IMG/VR virus record: IMGVR_UViG_3300029874_000006
Span: 10,779 to 74,778 of that record
DNA: 64,000 bases
Source of the DNA: a virus
Lineage: Duplodnaviria; Heunggongvirae; Uroviricota; Caudoviricetes
Direction: 5' to 3' (one strand)
Positions 62,583-64,000 of this stretch are shown piece by piece; the stretch's first letter is position 1, and every line of letters begins with the position of its first letter. A program made the translations under genes and the position numbers. Below the pieces are notes generated by a model. The model saw only the letters and a list, made by a program, of their open reading frames with translations, was not told the DNA's origin and searched no databases.

Positions 62583-62699
62583 TAATCATCGTGTTTTTAC
62601 TGAACCTGGTTTAGTTGTTGCCTTCTGTACTGAAGCTGGTAATTTTGACCACCAATTCTGCTTCATCTGTAACCACTCACGCTTATGCTTTGCTTTCAT
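62583..62699 (-). CDS. Small basic ORF (38 aa)
   Basis: MKAKHKREWLQMKQNWWSKLPASVQKATTKPGSVKTR in a 234-bp gap; speculative. Confidence 0.2.
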
Positions 62700-62734
62700 T
62701 TTCAAATTAATTAGAATATTTAATTGTAATCTAA

Positions 62735-63154
62735 CTAATCTGCAAAATGACTAGCTTCCACAGCCAATCTATCTGCTAGATTATTATATTCATCTATGTT
62801 ATGTCCCTTTGTCCATTCAAATTTTATATCTGAACAAAACTCTTTAGCTATATTATATACTTTATCAAATAGCTGCCAATAATTCTGGTTCTTCTTGCGT
62901 TTCCATCCCTTATTTATACATCCTAAAACGTATTGTGAATCAGATACTACAGTAATGGAATCAAAGTTTGTACTAATGGCATGCAGAGCATAAATAACAG
63001 CCATTATTTCCATTTTATTATTAGTTACATTTTTGAAGTGTTTATTAAATTGATAAATTACTTCGTTATCTTTAATAAATACAACTCCAACACCCCCATT
63101 ACCTGTAGACACTTGACAAGCTCCATCTGTATATATGGTTAATAATTTCCCCAT
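62735..63154 (-). CDS. rnhA: Ribonuclease HI
   Basis: IYTDGAC..GNGGVGVV, MEIMAVIYAL, VVSDSQYV, WTKGHNIDEYNNLADRLA. Confidence 0.85.
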   Translation of the reverse strand: MGKLLTIYTDGACQVSTGNGGVGVVFIKDNEVIYQFNKHFKNVTNNKMEIMAVIYALHAISTNFDSITVVSDSQYVLGCINKGWKRKKNQNYWQLFDKVYNIAKEFCSDIKFEWTKGHNIDEYNNLADRLAVEASHFAD

Positions 63155-63528
63155 GATTCTACTACGAAGTCAAGAGTTAAATTACCATATAAATAAGTTA
63201 CTTTAAATGGACCTGAGGCTATACCCTGATAATTACTTTTAGGGTTTTTATGTACTTCTTTAATTACATCATTAAGTAATCTTTCTGCACAGCAATATAA
63301 ATCGTAAACACTGGGTACTCTGAGTTCATGCTCTGTAAGTATTTTCCAAGGTTCATATCCAATAATTTCTGGTTTGTCCTCTTCTTCATTCTTATAGATA
63401 GGCAAACATGGAAAAGCCATAATCATAGCTACTTGCTCAAAACGAAAATTACTCAGAATATCCCTTTTTTGATCCTCTAAGCTACCTCTGTAGGCATCTT
63501 CCGAATTAATTACTTTTGGTTTTAACAT
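63139..63528 (-). CDS. Hypothetical protein (129 aa)
   Basis: ORF. Confidence 0.4.
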   Translation of the reverse strand: MLKPKVINSEDAYRGSLEDQKRDILSNFRFEQVAMIMAFPCLPIYKNEEEDKPEIIGYEPWKILTEHELRVPSVYDLYCCAERLLNDVIKEVHKNPKSNYQGIASGPFKVTYLYGNLTLDFVVESWGNY

Positions 63529-63563
63529 AAATAAATAAAAAGAGCTACCCCTTTCAGAGTAGC

Positions 63564-63752
63564 TTAATCAGGACACACCATAGAAAACGATGTGCTATCT
63601 ACAGAATTTACAGTATCAACTTTAGCAGAATCTACTGTATCACAAGTATCGACAGATGTAGAATCTACACTGTCTGTTGTCCTAGAACAACCATTACCAC
63701 AACTTGAACAGAGGGCAATGATTGCGAAAGCAAAAATAAATAATTTCTTCAT
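63564..63752 (-). CDS. Small lipoprotein with D-S/T-V repeats (62 aa)
   Basis: Signal plus lipobox ALCSSC; repeated VDS/VDT units. Confidence 0.45.
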   Translation of the reverse strand: MKKLFIFAFAIIALCSSCGNGCSRTTDSVDSTSVDTCDTVDSAKVDTVNSVDSTSFSMVCPD

Positions 63753-63759
63753 AATTAAA

Positions 63760-63800
63760 TAAATTAAATAAATAATAAAGGGTGGAGAGTTTCTCCACCC
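63760..63800 (-). terminator. Intrinsic terminator (hairpin plus U-rich run on minus strand) upstream of the lipoprotein gene
   Basis: GGTGGAGAgttTCTCCACC, followed on the minus strand by cuuuauuauuuauuu. Confidence 0.45.
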
Positions 63801-63924
63801 CTCGATTGTAGGAAATCAACCTCCCGATTTCTCATCTTGAAAAGTATAGGAATTAAAAGTCACTATAATCTTAATTATAGAAGCACCTACAGTTTAAAGA
63901 AACATAGGACAAACTAAAGAATAT

Positions 63925-64000
63925 CATAAGGATTAGCCGCACAGACTTAGAATGTGTCTTAGCTTTAGACTCGTTCCCACGACTTAGACTTAGACTTAGA
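63925..64000. repeat. Short tandem/dispersed CTTAG/ACTTAG repeats in a non-coding region at the window edge
   Basis: gacttagacttagacttaga (3 x ACTTAG) plus additional cttag copies (gacttagaatgtgtcttagctttagac); stop codons in every frame. Confidence 0.4.

Noticed and set aside
1-64000. UGA to Trp (code 4) recoding as the alternative crAss-like code
   Set aside because: TGA terminates gene B with an ATGA overlap onto gene C. TGA also ends several minus-strand genes in ATGA overlaps (e.g. 18686-18689). No long frame requires TGA read-through.
63900-64000. Possible tRNA (e.g. suppressor tRNA-CUA) among the CTTAG repeats
   Set aside because: I could not fold an acceptor, anticodon or T-arm cloverleaf on either strand. 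A CUUAGAA loop candidate lacks a pairing stem.
1-64000. CRISPR arrays, integrases or transposases, rRNA genes
   Set aside because: No direct-repeat/spacer periodicity, no recombinase motifs and no rRNA-like conserved stretches seen.

Overview
AT-rich (~30% GC) segment of a tailed dsDNA phage genome, most consistent with a crAss-like (Crassvirales-type) phage of an anaerobic Bacteroidota host. It has two convergent transcription blocks.

(1) + strand, 1..15.9 kb: three tandem late or virion-type genes, a giant >=3,261-aa protein (5' end outside the window), a 319-aa HExxH protein, and a 1,610-aa protein with a RecB/Cas4-like nuclease motif. All are readable only if in-frame TAG is translated (about 1 TAG per 40 codons, roughly 85 in the first gene; TAA and TGA still terminate). 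This points to UAG stop-codon reassignment, probably to Gln (code 15) as in crAss-like phages.

(2) - strand, 16.2..63.8 kb, standard code: about 75 early or replication genes. Replication and recombination: split family-A DNA polymerase, DnaB-like helicase, DnaG-like primase, SF2 helicase, SSB-like protein, Hjc-like resolvase, RNase H and ATP-dependent DNA ligase. Nucleotide metabolism: dUTPase, ThyX, thioredoxin, NrdD/NrdG, Nudix and a PRTase-like protein. RNA repair set: PNK-like kinase, PNKP-like 3'-phosphatase and RNA ligase. Also a sigma-70 factor, four calcineurin-like phosphoesterases, HNH-AP2 homing endonucleases, an SPFH lipoprotein module and lysis-like membrane proteins.

Notable structures: nrdD interrupted by a ~1.2-kb group-I-intron-like insertion carrying an HNH endonuclease; an HNH paralog containing a single in-frame TAG; the DNA polymerase split inside its palm domain at a UAG embedded in a perfect hairpin (translational-bypass-like); and face-to-face intrinsic terminators at the strand switch. 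All calls are from manual reading of sequence and the ORF track; no database searches were run.
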